Source: an uncultured Verrucomicrobiae bacterium
GTDB taxonomy: Bacteria > Verrucomicrobiota > Verrucomicrobiia > Chthoniobacterales > UBA10450
Assembly: GCA_963815455.1 (NCBI GenBank)
Contig: CAWFGO010000003.1
Span: 1-64,000 of the forward strand
DNA: 64,000 nucleotides
Reading direction: 5' to 3'
Made by a program: the position numbers and the translations under genes. This document shows, one piece after another, positions 1 to 11,147 of this stretch. Within the stretch, counting starts at the first letter, position 1. Every line of letters starts with the position of its first letter. The notes beneath the pieces are model-generated. The model made no database searches and was not told where the DNA came from. It saw nothing but the letters and a program-made list of their open reading frames with translations.

Positions 1-1329
1 TAAAGAATGACATCCGGCGGCACGTCCTTGCCGCGGATGCTGTGTGACCCCGTGCCCGTATCCTCGCTCTCGGAAGTGACCAGACGCACATGCGTGATCT
101 CCTCCATTTGCCGGAGAAAAAGAATCGCAGCCATAACCAAGCCGGCCCCGACGCCAATGGTGAGATCGAATACGACGGTGAGAGCAAAGGCCGCTGCCGA
201 ACGCGAAATCTGCGCGTGGTCCACGCCACAGCTCGACGAACGTGTGCCACTCCGCCATGCGAAACGCCACTGTGAGTAGAATGGCACTCGACGCCGCCAG
301 CGGAATCTACCCAGCCAATGGAGCGCCCAGAAAGATTGCGGCCAGCAGGACGAGTGCGTGATGACTCCGGAAACCGACGTGCGCGCGCCGGATCGAATAT
401 TCGCCGCCGTGGCGCGATTGCTCCAGTCGCGGTAATGCCGCCGGCGAGCGGGCAAAGGACATTGGCGATCCCCTGGGCAAGCAGTTCCTGATTTGGATTG
501 TGCCGCGTATCGGTCATACCGTCGGCGACCATGGCTGAGAGCAGCGATTCAATCGCGCCGAGAGCGGCGATGGTGAAGGCCGGGCCCATGAGATCGCGCA
601 TCAATTCGAGGGAGACGGCAGGAAAATGCAAACCGGGCAGCCCGGCGGGAATGCCTCCAAAGCGGGTGCCGATTGTTGCAATTGGCCAGCCGGCAGCGTA
701 GGCCACGAGTGTGGCCAGGAGTACGCCACGATGCTGGCCGGGACGCGTTTCGTGATAAGTGGCCATGTGTAACACGTCACGAGCGTGAGGCCGCCGATAG
801 CGAACGCCTGCCAGTTGATGCTGCGGAGATTACTCGCGAGTGCGACGATTTGCTGCGGGACGTGGCTCGGCATTTTCAATCCGAGCCCGAAAAATTCGTT
901 CAATTGTCCGCAGAAGATAATGACGGCGATGCCGCTCGTGAATCCGGCGACGACCGGATAAGGAAAAAACTTGAGCAAACCGCCCATGCGCAACGTGCCG
1001 GCGACGATGAGCATCGCGCCCGCCATGATCGTGGCCAGCGCGAGCCCGGCGTAGCCATGCACAATCACAATTGAAAATAGAATCGGCACGAAAGCGCCTG
1101 TCGGTCCCGCGACTTGAAACTGCGAACCGCCGAGCAACGAGACGACAATGCCGGCGATGACACCCGTCCAAAGTCCCTGCTGCGGTGTAACGCCCGAAGC
1201 GATGCCAAAACCGATCGCGAGTGGAAGCGCGATGATGCCGACGGTCAATCCGGCCCCGAGATCGGCAAAAAAGTCGCTGCGTCGGTAATCGCGAAGCGAT
1301 GTAACAATTGCCGGATAAAATGCCCGCAT
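1..1329 (-). CDS. SulP/SLC26 anion permease, runs off window start, frameshifted
   Basis: N-terminus DLGAGLTVGIIALPLAIGFGIASG...GPTGAF...PYPVVAGFTSGIAVII; downstream frames give AIESLLSAMVAD and TAANIRSGARTSVSG; several frame breaks below 720. Confidence 0.9.
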
Positions 1330-1440
1330 GGTTCTCGATCTAACGGCATGCGCTTGATTGGCGCAAGTTGATCGATCTCGACAGGAATCGTGGCGAGTTC
1401 GCTGGGTTGCGCGGCTTTCGTCGAGTGCCGCGATGACTGG

Positions 1441-1894
1441 CTACACTTTGCCGCCGAAGGTGACGTGATCGTCGAGGTCGAGGTAATCGAACCAGGTTTT
1501 CACGTCCTCGCGAGTCTTGCTGATGTCGCCGACGCGCTTGGTGAAAAACTCCAGCGTTTCCACGTCGCCGTCCGGGCCGCGCTCGTTCAGCCAGGCGCTC
1601 CACTGCTGGATTTCCCATGGTGTGCGTTTGTGGGGAGCGTTCTGTTCAATCCACGCCAGCATCTCGCCGTCGCCCTTGCCGGTGGCTAATTCCCCCTTCA
1701 ACGCCTCGGCGGTAATTCCGGTGAACCGAAACCAGTGATGATCCATTGGGTTGTTGTATTTTATCGCCCGCTGTGCCTGCGATTTCGGCCCGGCCCTTAT
1801 CGAGAATGCGGCCAAGGATTACGTAACCGCCGAGACGCACCCGGGGGCTGCGTGGCGGACGTTGAGTAAGATTCGGCGCGTGATTGGAATTCAT
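1441..1894 (-). CDS. DUF5069-like protein, frameshift near 1765
   Basis: Joining ORFs 1646-1894 (PPRSPRVRLGGYVILGRILDKGRA) and 1441-1815 (YNNPMD...TWFDYLDLDD) gives one ~150-aa protein. Confidence 0.75.
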
Positions 1895-1990
1895 TCACAA
1901 ACCTTATCAGCAATTGAGTGCATCGACAAAACCGGCCAGGCTTCGATTTGTGGCGCAACGCGCTGAATTTTTTGGTTAAAGCGTAAGCGC

Positions 1991-2651
1991 ATGGGGAAAT
2001 ACGCACCGACATCGCGCCGGCCGATCGCGCAGATCTTTCGTGGCACCGCGGAAGGGGCCACGCAATTATGCGTTTGCCTGGGAATTCATCCCGATGCGAT
2101 CTCTTATGCATCCGTCGTGGCCGCGCTGGTTGCCGCGATTTGCTTTGGCCAATCGGGCACGCGCCCATGGCTGCTGATTGTCGCTCCGCTGCTTTGTTAT
2201 CTTCGACTTTGGTTTAACATGCTCGACGGCATGGTTGCGATTGCCGCGGGGAAAGCGAGCGCGCGCGGCGAAATCTTGAACGATCTGCCCGATCGTATTT
2301 CTGATGTGATCATTTTCGCCGGTGTTGCACATAGTGGTTGGATGCATCCGATTTTCGGTTATTGGACAGCGATCTTCGCTCTGTTGACGGCTTACGTCGG
2401 AATCCTTGGCCAGGCGGTCGGGGGGCGCCGCGAGTTTGGCGGGTGGATGTCGAAACCGTGGCGGATGGTGGCGCTATCTCTCGGTGCCTGGGTCACGCTC
2501 TTTTTTGTTGTGGTGGAACAACGGCGGAATCCGTTTCCATACTCTAAGCGTATTGGATTGGACCTGCCTGATCGTGATAGCGGGTTGCGCCCAAACCATC
2601 GGTGTCCGCTTGAAACGAACGATGGCCGCCGTGCAGGATAAACAGCGATGA
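1991..2651 (+). CDS. CDP-alcohol phosphatidyltransferase family protein (YnbA-like), frameshift near 2505
   Basis: Signature NMLDGMVAIAAG...GEILNDLPDRISD; C-terminus continues in the 2406-2651 frame, whose stop overlaps the next start. Confidence 0.85.
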
Positions 2652-3604
2652 TGTCACCGCAGAGTGCGCTGCACGATCCAGTCTTTCGCGCCTACTTCGG
2701 TATCGTGATCGTATCGCTGGTCATCGGCGGATTGGTTCTCAGCTTCCTGCACCTGGGACTAAAGAAAGAGATTGCGCCGATGTGGCAGACCTATCGTTCC
2801 TGGCTGATCATGGCGCCGGTCGCTTTGGCGGTGGTATTTCTGGGGCGCGTTCCGACAATCCTCGGCGTCATGCTCCTGGCAATCTTCGGGTTCAAGGAAT
2901 TTGCGCGAGCCTCGGGTCTGTATCGCGATTGGTGGATGACCGGCGCAGTTTACGCCGGCATTATCGCCGTCGGGGTCGCGGCCTTGATGCCGCATCCGCG
3001 CGGAATCGAGCCCGGACCGGGCTGGTATGGATTTTTTGTGGCGGTGCCGGTCTTCGCGATTGCCCTCATCCTGCTTATTCCGATTCTGCGCAACCGGGCC
3101 CGGGGCGAGTTACAGCGAATGTGTTTGGCCATCGTGGGGTTTGTTTACATCGGGTGGATGTTTGGTCACCTCGGTTTTCTCGCGAACTCGATCAATGCTT
3201 ATGGATACGTTTGTTATGTCGTGTTTGCGACGGAGGTGAACGACGTCGCTGCATTCACCTTTGGTCGTTTGTTTGGACGCCATCCTCTGCGCAGCGAGAT
3301 CAGTCCAAAGAAAACCTGGGAGGGCGCGCTCGGCGCCCTGGCGATTTCAATGACCCTGCCATGGCTGCTGCGTTTCTCGTTCCCCTTTTTCGGTCCGTGG
3401 CAATTGATCCTAGCCGGCCTGATTGTTGGCGTCGGCGGACAACTCGGCGATCTTTCGATCAGTGTGATAAAACGCGACATTGGCACGAAAGACATGGGTA
3501 GGGCAATCCCGGGCCACGGTGGCGTTCTCGATCGGATCGACAGCCTGATCTACGTGGCGCCACTGTTCATGCATATGGCGGGCTATTATTATGGGCTGCG
3601 ATGA
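2648..3604 (+). CDS. Phosphatidate cytidylyltransferase (CdsA/YnbB-like)
   Basis: ISPKKTWEG and SVIKRDIGTKDMGRAIPGHGGVLDRIDS motifs; hydrophobic. Confidence 0.92.
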   Translation: MMSPQSALHDPVFRAYFGIVIVSLVIGGLVLSFLHLGLKKEIAPMWQTYRSWLIMAPVALAVVFLGRVPTILGVMLLAIFGFKEFARASGLYRDWWMTGAVYAGIIAVGVAALMPHPRGIEPGPGWYGFFVAVPVFAIALILLIPILRNRARGELQRMCLAIVGFVYIGWMFGHLGFLANSINAYGYVCYVVFATEVNDVAAFTFGRLFGRHPLRSEISPKKTWEGALGALAISMTLPWLLRFSFPFFGPWQLILAGLIVGVGGQLGDLSISVIKRDIGTKDMGRAIPGHGGVLDRIDSLIYVAPLFMHMAGYYYGLR

Positions 3605-4330
3605 AGAGATGGCATTACGAATCGGCAAATGATCTCGACCAGACCCCGGTCGAGCGATTGCGGCGTTTTCCGCGTGAACCGGACATGCTCGTTTACGGAT
3701 TACGCTCGATCGCCGCGCTAATCATCCGGGGGTGGCTTCGCGCGTATCATCGCCTGGAAATTGTCGGACACGAGCATCTGCGCGGCGATCGCTCGATCGT
3801 CATGGTGGCGAATCATGCAAGTCATCTCGATACCCTTTGTTTGCTCGCTGCGCTCCCGCTGCGAAGATTGCACCGCGCGTTTCCCGCCGCCGCTGCAGAT
3901 TACTTCTTCGAAAGTGTGCCCCGAACGTGGATTGCCGCCGTGGTGGTCAACGCACTGCCTTTCGCGCGGCGGGCGCGTGCCCGGCAAAGTTTGTCGATCT
4001 GCGGCGAGCTGCTCGCCAATCGCGGCAACGTGCTGATTATTTTCCCGGAAGGCACGCGGACAAGAACGGGCGAAACGCAGGATTTCAAATCGGGGATCGG
4101 CGCTCTGGTGGCGGGTCGCGATATCAGTGTTTTTCCGTGTCGTCTCGATGGGACATTTGATGCCTGGCCGAAAGGCTCGCGTTTTCCACGGCCGAGGAAG
4201 ATTCGGCTTGTCGTTGGGGCAAGGAGCGGAATTACGCCGCGCACGCCCGGCTGAAAAATCCAAGATCTGCTCGATTGCGGCGGAACTGCGAGAGGCGGTC
4301 GAAGAATTAGGGCAAAATGGAAGCCACTGA
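3601..4330 (+). CDS. Lysophospholipid acyltransferase (PlsC-like), frameshift near 4220
   Basis: NHASHLD (HX4D) and FPEGTR motifs; C-terminus in the frame ending 4330. Confidence 0.88.
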
Positions 4331-6056
4331 ACAGGTGATGACGAGCTGGGACGGCGCCGAGCTGTTCTATCGCAGTTGGCTCCCGGCGCAGCCGACGAAA
4401 AAGGCGCTTCTTCTTTTTCATCGCGGGCACGAACACTCCGGTCGCTGGCAGGAAACCGTGAAAGCGCTCGGTCTCGATGACGTTGCCGTATTTGCCTGGG
4501 ACGCGCGCGGTCATGGGCGATCGCCGGGTGAGCGAGGCGCGGCCCGAAACGGTTACGACGTGATCAGAGACGTCGATGCGTTTGCCAGACACATTGTCGA
4601 TCAACACGGGATCGCGTTGGAGAATACAATCGTGCTGGCGCACAGCCTGGCTGCGGTCAACGTCGCGGCCTGGGTGCACGATTTCGCGCCGCCCATTCGG
4701 GCCATGATCCTGGCCACGGCGGCGTTTCGCGTAAGACTTTACGTGCCGTTTGCGATCCCCGCTCTGCGTTTGAAACAAAAACTTTCCGGCCCGGGATCTG
4801 TGAAAAGTTATGTTAAAGCAAAGATGCTTACGCACGATCCCGTGGAGGCCGAGCGTTACGATGCCGATCCGCTCATCTTTCGCCAGATCGCGGTGAACGT
4901 GTTGCTTGATCTTCACGACACCGCGCAACGATTGCTGGCGGATGCCGGAGCGATTCATACGCCGCTGCTGATGCTCGGCGCGGGACGGGACTGGGTGGTC
5001 GGTCTCGCTGAACAACGGCGATTCTTTGACGGCGTTTCGTCAATCGAGAAGCAGATGCACATTTTTCCCGAATCGAGGCACGCCATCTTTCACGAGAAGG
5101 ATCGACACGCCGTAATTAGTCGGGTGCGCGATTTTGTTCGGGAACAGTTCGCGCAACCGGCAGCTACTCCGTCGTTTTTGCAAGCCGATCGCGCGGGCCA
5201 TAGCTGGGAGGAATACGAACGGCTAAAAACAAATGGCCACTTAAAGTTTGTCTTCGCCCGCGCCGGACTAAAGCTAGCCGGGCGGTTGAGCGCCGGCGTG
5301 AAGGTGGGATTGCGCAGCGGCTTCGATTCCGGCTTGAGCCTTGATTACGTTTACAAGAATGAATCGCGTGGAGTAACGGGTCTCGGCCGATTGATCGATA
5401 AATCTTATCTCACCGCGATTGGATGGCGCGGGATTCGTCAGCGCAAAATCAACCTGGAGAAATCGCTGAAGCGCATGATTGGCCTCGTCGAGAAGAGCGG
5501 AGCACCGGTTCGGATCGTGGATATCGCCGCTGGACCGGGCCGCTACTTGCTCGAAACCATGCGAGCGATGCCGAATAGCGCGATCAGCGCGCGACTCCGC
5601 GATTACAAGGCGGAAAACGTCGACGCCGCGCGCGCGCTGGCGAAAGAGTTTGGTCTCGCGGATGTGACGGCTGAACTGGCCGACGCCTTCGATCGCGAGT
5701 CGCTGGCCGCAATCACGCCGCGCGTCACTATTGGGATCGTCTCCGGTCTATACGAATTGTTTCCATCGAATGAACAGGTCCTGAGATCGCTGGCCGGACT
5801 CGGGGAGGCGATCGAGCCCGGCGGTTATCTGATCTATACGAATCAACCCTGGCATCCACAGGTCGAATTCATCGCCGGCGTTCTGCGCAATCGGGAAGGA
5901 AAACCCTGGGTCATGCGCCGCCGCACCACCGCGGAAATCGATGAACTCGTGTGCATTTCTGGATTCGAGAAAATCGCGATGGAAATAGATCACTGGGGAA
6001 TGTTCACCGTTTCGATTGCAAGAAAGGCGGATCGCGCGCTCCGCGCGCGATGTTAA
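4317..6056 (+). CDS. Fused alpha/beta hydrolase and class I SAM-dependent methyltransferase (YnbC-like)
   Basis: HRGHEHSGR, WDARGHGRS, AHSLAA in the N-domain; GFDSG, VDIAAGPGRY, YTNQPWHPQ in the C-domain. Confidence 0.88.
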   Translation: MEATEQVMTSWDGAELFYRSWLPAQPTKKALLLFHRGHEHSGRWQETVKALGLDDVAVFAWDARGHGRSPGERGAARNGYDVIRDVDAFARHIVDQHGIALENTIVLAHSLAAVNVAAWVHDFAPPIRAMILATAAFRVRLYVPFAIPALRLKQKLSGPGSVKSYVKAKMLTHDPVEAERYDADPLIFRQIAVNVLLDLHDTAQRLLADAGAIHTPLLMLGAGRDWVVGLAEQRRFFDGVSSIEKQMHIFPESRHAIFHEKDRHAVISRVRDFVREQFAQPAATPSFLQADRAGHSWEEYERLKTNGHLKFVFARAGLKLAGRLSAGVKVGLRSGFDSGLSLDYVYKNESRGVTGLGRLIDKSYLTAIGWRGIRQRKINLEKSLKRMIGLVEKSGAPVRIVDIAAGPGRYLLETMRAMPNSAISARLRDYKAENVDAARALAKEFGLADVTAELADAFDRESLAAITPRVTIGIVSGLYELFPSNEQVLRSLAGLGEAIEPGGYLIYTNQPWHPQVEFIAGVLRNREGKPWVMRRRTTAEIDELVCISGFEKIAMEIDHWGMFTVSIARKADRALRARC

Positions 6057-6057
6057 A

Positions 6058-7408
6058 ATGGCGGCGAAGCCGCTTAACAATAGCATCGAGCGACGGAGCG
6101 CTCGATCCACCATAAAGGCATTTCTCGCTTCCGCCGGATTGTCGATCCTCTTCCTGGTTGTTTACGGCGGCTGCAACTGGATCACCTCGCAGCGAGGCAA
6201 TGTCGGCAATTTATATTTCCAATGGGAGAGAGGGATACCCTTCGTGCCGTTTCTCATTGTTCCCTATTTGTCGATCGATCTCTTCTTTGTCACTGCACCG
6301 TTTCTCTTGCGGAACAGGCAGGAGTTGCGAGTCTTTTGCAAGCGCGTGACTGCGGCGATCCTCATCGCCGGAATCTGTTTTCTGTTTTTTCCGTTACGGT
6401 TCGCTTTTGCTGGTCCCTCTGCTGCCGGCTGGAACGGCGCTCTTTTCGATTGGTTTCGTGGACTGGATGCGCCCTACAATCTTGTTCCCTCGCTGCACGC
6501 CGCGCTCCTCTTGCTGCTCGTCGATGTTTATTTCAGGAATCTTCGCGGGTTTACGCGTTGGGCTGGGTTGGGCTGGTTCGTACCTTATCGGGCTTTCACC
6601 GGTTCTGACTTATCAGCATCATATCATCGACATCGTTACCGGGTTCGCACTTGCCGGATATTGCTTTTACTTCTTTCGCGAACCAGCCGAGCCGCCGGCT
6701 ATCACGAAAAATCCCAGGATCGGCGGATACTATTCTGCCGGCGCGTTGATCCTGTCTGTAGCAGCAATGTTTTGCTGGCCGGCGGGAGCGCTCCTGCTCT
6801 GGCCAATTATCTCACTCATCCTTGTCGCGTCCGGCTATCTCGGATTGGGGCCGGGGATTTTTCGGAAGACCAACGGCAGAATACCCTGGAGCACCCAGTT
6901 CGTGCTCGGTCCCTGCCTGGCCGGGCAATATCTCTCTCTTATATATTATGAGCGAAACTGCCGGCGGTGGGACGAAGTGACGCCCCAAATCTGGATCGGG
7001 CGTCTTCTGCGTAAGCGCGAGGCGGCGGAAGCCATCGCAGCAGGCGTGACGGCGGTGCTTGATCTGAGCGCTGAATTCTCAGAGGCGCGACCATTCCGTT
7101 GCATTTCCTATCGAAATATTCCAATCCTGGATTTAACCGCGCCGACCCCGGCACAACTCGAGAAAATGGCCGGCTTCATCAAAGAACACTCGCAAGGTAT
7201 CATTTACGTTCACTGCAAAATCGGTTACTCCCGCAGCGCAGCGGCGGTAGCGGCCGCCTTGATTTCAACCGGCCAGGCGCACAGCGCCGAAGAAGCCATT
7301 GCGCGTATCCGCCAGGTCCGGCCTTCGATTGTGATTCGTCCTGAAATTATTTCGGCCCTATCCAGGTTCCAACGAGCAACACAGTCACGCCAGATGGCGC
7401 GCGTGTAA
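6058..7408 (+). CDS. PAP2-like plus dual-specificity phosphatase fusion (YnbD-like), frameshift near 6580
   Basis: PYNLVPSLH and LTYQHHIIDI in the membrane part; HCKIGYSRS (CX5R) at the C-terminus; split over ORFs 6016-6951 and 6407-7408. Confidence 0.85.
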
Positions 7409-7465
7409 TTTTTGCCTCGCTTCAAGTTTTGTCTGAACAAATACTAAACAGGTTTCTCAACTGCT

Positions 7466-7894
7466 ATGAACTACAACGAACTCATTCAGCTTTATTTCGA
7501 GCGCGCGACGGCGATGCAGTCGTATTGGAATCTTTACGTTGTCATCGTGGGCGGGTTGCTCGCTTTCTCGTCGATGCGCAAACAACCGGCCGCGCTCACC
7601 ACATTGATCGTGTCGATTTTGTTTGCCCTGTTTGCTTTCGAGAATCTCGACGCCATGCACGACACCACCGCCCAGCGTTTCGCCGTGCTCGACGCGATCA
7701 AGCAATACGATTCGGCCACCGCGCCGGCTGGACCTTCCAAGCAGGTGCGCGATTTGCTCGAGCCGACTCTTACGCCCGCAACCTACGGAAGCGTCAGGAC
7801 CACGCACGTCATCAGCGATATCCTGACCATCGCCGCCCTTTGGGCCATGGAACTGCGCCGCCGCAGAATGCGCCAGGATCAGAAGGTCGCATAA
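7466..7894 (+). CDS. Hypothetical membrane protein
   Basis: 142-aa ATG ORF with about three hydrophobic segments. Confidence 0.7.
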   Translation: MNYNELIQLYFERATAMQSYWNLYVVIVGGLLAFSSMRKQPAALTTLIVSILFALFAFENLDAMHDTTAQRFAVLDAIKQYDSATAPAGPSKQVRDLLEPTLTPATYGSVRTTHVISDILTIAALWAMELRRRRMRQDQKVA

Positions 7895-8000
7895 GAATCA
7901 ACCGTCTCGACGGAGAACGTTGTCGATCTTTCAGCACATAAGACCAAGGCGGGGATAAGCAGGTGCTAAATGACGCTGATGGGCGATAGTACCACCGCCC

Positions 8001-9323
8001 ATGTCATTTCGCGCACTCAATCTCTCGCCCCAAATTTTGCAGGCCGTGCACGATGCCGGCTACACCGAACCGACTCCGATCCAGGTCGCGGCGATTCCGC
8101 TCATTCTCGCGGGGCACGATGTCATTGGGATTGCGCAAACCGGTACGGGAAAGACAGCGGCCTTCGTCTTGCCGATTCTGATGAAACTGGCTGGGTCGAT
8201 GCAGAATGGGCAGAGGCGCGGGACGCGCGCACTGGTGGTCGCGCCGACTCGTGAGCTGGTCGTGCAGATCGAGGAGAACGTTCGCGCTTACGCGAAGCAC
8301 GTTCCGTTGCGCATGGCCACCGTTTTTGGCGGCGTGAGTGAGCGTCCGCAGATCGAGGCGTTGCGGTCCGGTGTCGATCTTGTAGTGGCTACGCCCGGGC
8401 GGTTGATCGACTTGATGGATCAGCGGGTTGCGAATCTTTCCGGCGTCGAATTCCTCGTATTGGACGAAGCCGACCGGATGCTGGACATGGGTTTTCTTCC
8501 TCCGATTCGCCGGATCGTGAAAGCGTTGCCGCAAAAACGCCAGACGCTCATGTTCTCTGCCTCGCTCTCGCGTGAAATTGAGCAGTTGACCCATCAGTTT
8601 CAACATTCGCCCAAGATCGTTGAGATCGGCCGGCGCGCAAACCCGGCCGAAACAGTCACCCAGTTTGTTTACGAAGTGCGACCGCATTTGAAACCCGCGC
8701 TACTGCTCCATCTTCTGGGCGATCCCCAGTTCGATACCGTTCTCGTTTTTACGCGCACAAAACACGGGGCCGACCGAATCGCTCGCAAGCTGGAAAGCAG
8801 CGGAATCAAAACCGGCACCATCCATTCCAATCGTTCGCAGAACCAGCGCCTCCGCGCGTTAAAGGATTTCAAGTCCGGCGCGGTCCGTGTTCTGGTTGCC
8901 ACCGACATCGCTGCGCGCGGGATCGACGTGGACGGGATCTCTCACGTGGTGAACTACGATTTCCCGATGCACTCGGAGGATTATGTCCATCGGATTGGGC
9001 GCACCGGGCGCGCGCTCGCCATCGGCGACGCAATTAGTTTTATTACTCAGGAAGATCAGGGACCACTGCGCTCGCTCGAACGTTTTATCGGCCGCGGCAT
9101 TGTCCGCAAACGGGCCGACGGGTTCGATTATAATGCGGCTGCGCCTCCGCGTGATGAAAGGGGCAGGGGAGAACGCCGGCATGCGCCGCCGAAGATGGAG
9201 CCTAGATTACCCGGAAATGCTACCCGAGGTGGCGACGCCGGTCCCCGCACTGGCGGACGGAATTTCCGGAATTTCTCATCGACGAGCCGCCCGCCACGGA
9301 GATCGTACCGCAGACATCGTTGA
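8001..9323 (+). CDS. DEAD-box RNA helicase (RhlE-like)
   Basis: Q motif PTPIQ, AQTGTGKT, PTREL, DEAD, HRIGRTGR, Arg/Gly-rich tail. Confidence 0.96.
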   Translation: MSFRALNLSPQILQAVHDAGYTEPTPIQVAAIPLILAGHDVIGIAQTGTGKTAAFVLPILMKLAGSMQNGQRRGTRALVVAPTRELVVQIEENVRAYAKHVPLRMATVFGGVSERPQIEALRSGVDLVVATPGRLIDLMDQRVANLSGVEFLVLDEADRMLDMGFLPPIRRIVKALPQKRQTLMFSASLSREIEQLTHQFQHSPKIVEIGRRANPAETVTQFVYEVRPHLKPALLLHLLGDPQFDTVLVFTRTKHGADRIARKLESSGIKTGTIHSNRSQNQRLRALKDFKSGAVRVLVATDIAARGIDVDGISHVVNYDFPMHSEDYVHRIGRTGRALAIGDAISFITQEDQGPLRSLERFIGRGIVRKRADGFDYNAAAPPRDERGRGERRHAPPKMEPRLPGNATRGGDAGPRTGGRNFRNFSSTSRPPRRSYRRHR

Positions 9324-9428
9324 TCGGCAGGAGTCAGAGATCAAGAGGTCAGAGCGCATAATACCATTAGGGAATCGGGGATTGCGGCTGTATGGAACAG
9401 TAATTCGGAAAATCGCCCCCAAAACAAA

Positions 9429-9623
9429 ATGCCTACTTACATTTACGAAACTACTGACGCCACCAAGCCCAAGCGCGAGATTGAGGTTACCCAGAGCGTC
9501 CATGACGAACCCCTCCGCGTTGATCCCGAAACCGGGGAGGCAGTGCGGCGGGTGATTTCTGCCGGATACAGCATATTGATACGTGGCGGATCGACAGGTC
9601 CTTGCGTCGGATCTTGCGGCTGA
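9429..9623 (+). CDS. FmdB-like small protein lacking the zinc-ribbon cysteines
   Basis: MPTYIYE...EVTQSVHDEPL...P.TGEAVRRVIS follows the FmdB pattern. Confidence 0.7.
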   Translation: MPTYIYETTDATKPKREIEVTQSVHDEPLRVDPETGEAVRRVISAGYSILIRGGSTGPCVGSCG

Positions 9624-9651
9624 GCCGGAGAAAGTCGGAGATCAGCGATCC

Positions 9652-10080
9652 TTAGGCCGGCTGATTGCGATCGTAGGGAATAATATTGTCCCATTCGTCA
9701 GCGGAGGAGCGGGCGACAAAGGCCACGACCGGCTCGGTGTCGCTCATATTAAAGACTTCGTGGGGCACGCCTGGTTTGATGTAAATGAAATCGCCGGCCT
9801 GGTTCTCGATCTTCTGCTTGAGAGCGGGACCGAATTCGTGGCGCACTTTTCCTTCGAGAATGTAGAGGATCACTTCAAAGCCGACGTGAATATGGGCGTA
9901 GGCCACACCGCCAGGCGGAATCGTGGCGATGTTGGCTGATAACTTGGTTGTGCCGGCATTCTTGGCCGACATGCCTTGCTTATAATGAATGCCGTTCCAA
10001 TCCCGGCGGGCGCCGCCGCCCCGAATAATCAATATCCCGTCGTGGTCCTCTACCGCGCTGAGCTGGATGTCATCGTTCAT
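9652..10080 (-). CDS. Cupin domain protein
   Basis: AHIH...E...GDFIYIKPGVPHEVFN cupin motifs. Confidence 0.88.
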   Translation of the reverse strand: MNDDIQLSAVEDHDGILIIRGGGARRDWNGIHYKQGMSAKNAGTTKLSANIATIPPGGVAYAHIHVGFEVILYILEGKVRHEFGPALKQKIENQAGDFIYIKPGVPHEVFNMSDTEPVVAFVARSSADEWDNIIPYDRNQPA

Positions 10081-10169
10081 AACGAGCACCTGAAATCTTA
10101 ACATCCGCAGATTGCGCGGATTTACACAGATTTTTTGGCAGAAAGTCCGAGCCGGACGGCATATTAGGA

Positions 10170-11021
10170 TTACATGGCCCGTCGCCGTTCGATTACCACC
10201 ATAAAGATCCCGCCCAGAATGGCGACGGAAGCCAGGAGAAAACGCAGCGTAATCGGTTCGTGGAGCAACAGAATCCCGCCGGCGGCGGCGAGCACCGGCA
10301 CACTAAGTTGAACGGTGGCTGCACTCGCAGCCTTGAATCCGGGCAGCGCGCTGTACCAAATTACGTAGCCGAGACCCGAAGTGACCGCGCCGGAGATTAC
10401 GGCGTAACCAATTCCGGCAGGATCGACATACGCCCACGACAGGAAGACGAGGCTGACGGCCGCGGCGAATGGGATTGCGCGGAGAAAATTTCCGGCGGTT
10501 GCGCCGGCCGGATCTTTTGTTTTTCCCCGCAGCGAATAAATGCCCCAGGCTACCCCGGCTCCAAGCATCAGGATCGAGCCGATAAACGGGGGAGCAGAAA
10601 GGCCGGGGAACAGAAGCGCAACGAGTCCGGCAATGGCCAGCCCCAAACCGACGATCTGGATTGAATGTAGCCGTTCGCCCTTATGAAAGCCCCAGAAAAT
10701 CATGGTGGCCTGGACCGCTCCGAACAGGAGCAGCGCCCCGGTTCCGGCAGAGAGAGTGTTATAGGCAAATGAAAAGGCCGCAGCATATATAAAGAGCGCG
10801 AGCGCGGAGAGCCAATTGCCCTCTGAAAGTGGCGAGTTTATGAACTTTCTTCGAACGTTGATAATTAACCAAAGCGCAGCGGCGCCGGAGAAGATGCGGA
10901 TGGTGGTAAAGGTGGCCGCGTCGATGCTGGTTTGCTTCAGCGCCGCCCGGCAGAGCAGCGAGTTGCTTGCGAACGCAACCATTGCCAGCAAAGTGAGGAG
11001 GAAGAGTCGTGTGGATTTCAC
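10170..11021 (-). CDS. DMT/EamA family transporter
   Basis: About 10 TM segments; AFASNSLLCRAAL, SGLGYVIWY, VQLSVPVLAA; start uncertain (11021-11063). Confidence 0.88.
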   Translation of the reverse strand: MKSTRLFLLTLLAMVAFASNSLLCRAALKQTSIDAATFTTIRIFSGAAALWLIINVRRKFINSPLSEGNWLSALALFIYAAAFSFAYNTLSAGTGALLLFGAVQATMIFWGFHKGERLHSIQIVGLGLAIAGLVALLFPGLSAPPFIGSILMLGAGVAWGIYSLRGKTKDPAGATAGNFLRAIPFAAAVSLVFLSWAYVDPAGIGYAVISGAVTSGLGYVIWYSALPGFKAASAATVQLSVPVLAAAGGILLLHEPITLRFLLASVAILGGIFMVVIERRRAM

Positions 11022-11147
11022 GGATGAAGGATGAGAGATACTATTCGGTCCCGGGTCAAACAATGGCGTGACATTGATCGAGTTCCGTCATTAAATCGAT
11101 ACTCAAGCCGCCAATTCCCTTGGAGGCTGGGAAACTCTTGAGCTGCC

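Noticed and set aside
3900..5015. Long antisense or overlapping ORFs (also 32183-32905, 45799-46602, 56350-57099)
   Set aside because: Shadow ORFs of well-supported genes, expected in GC-rich DNA.
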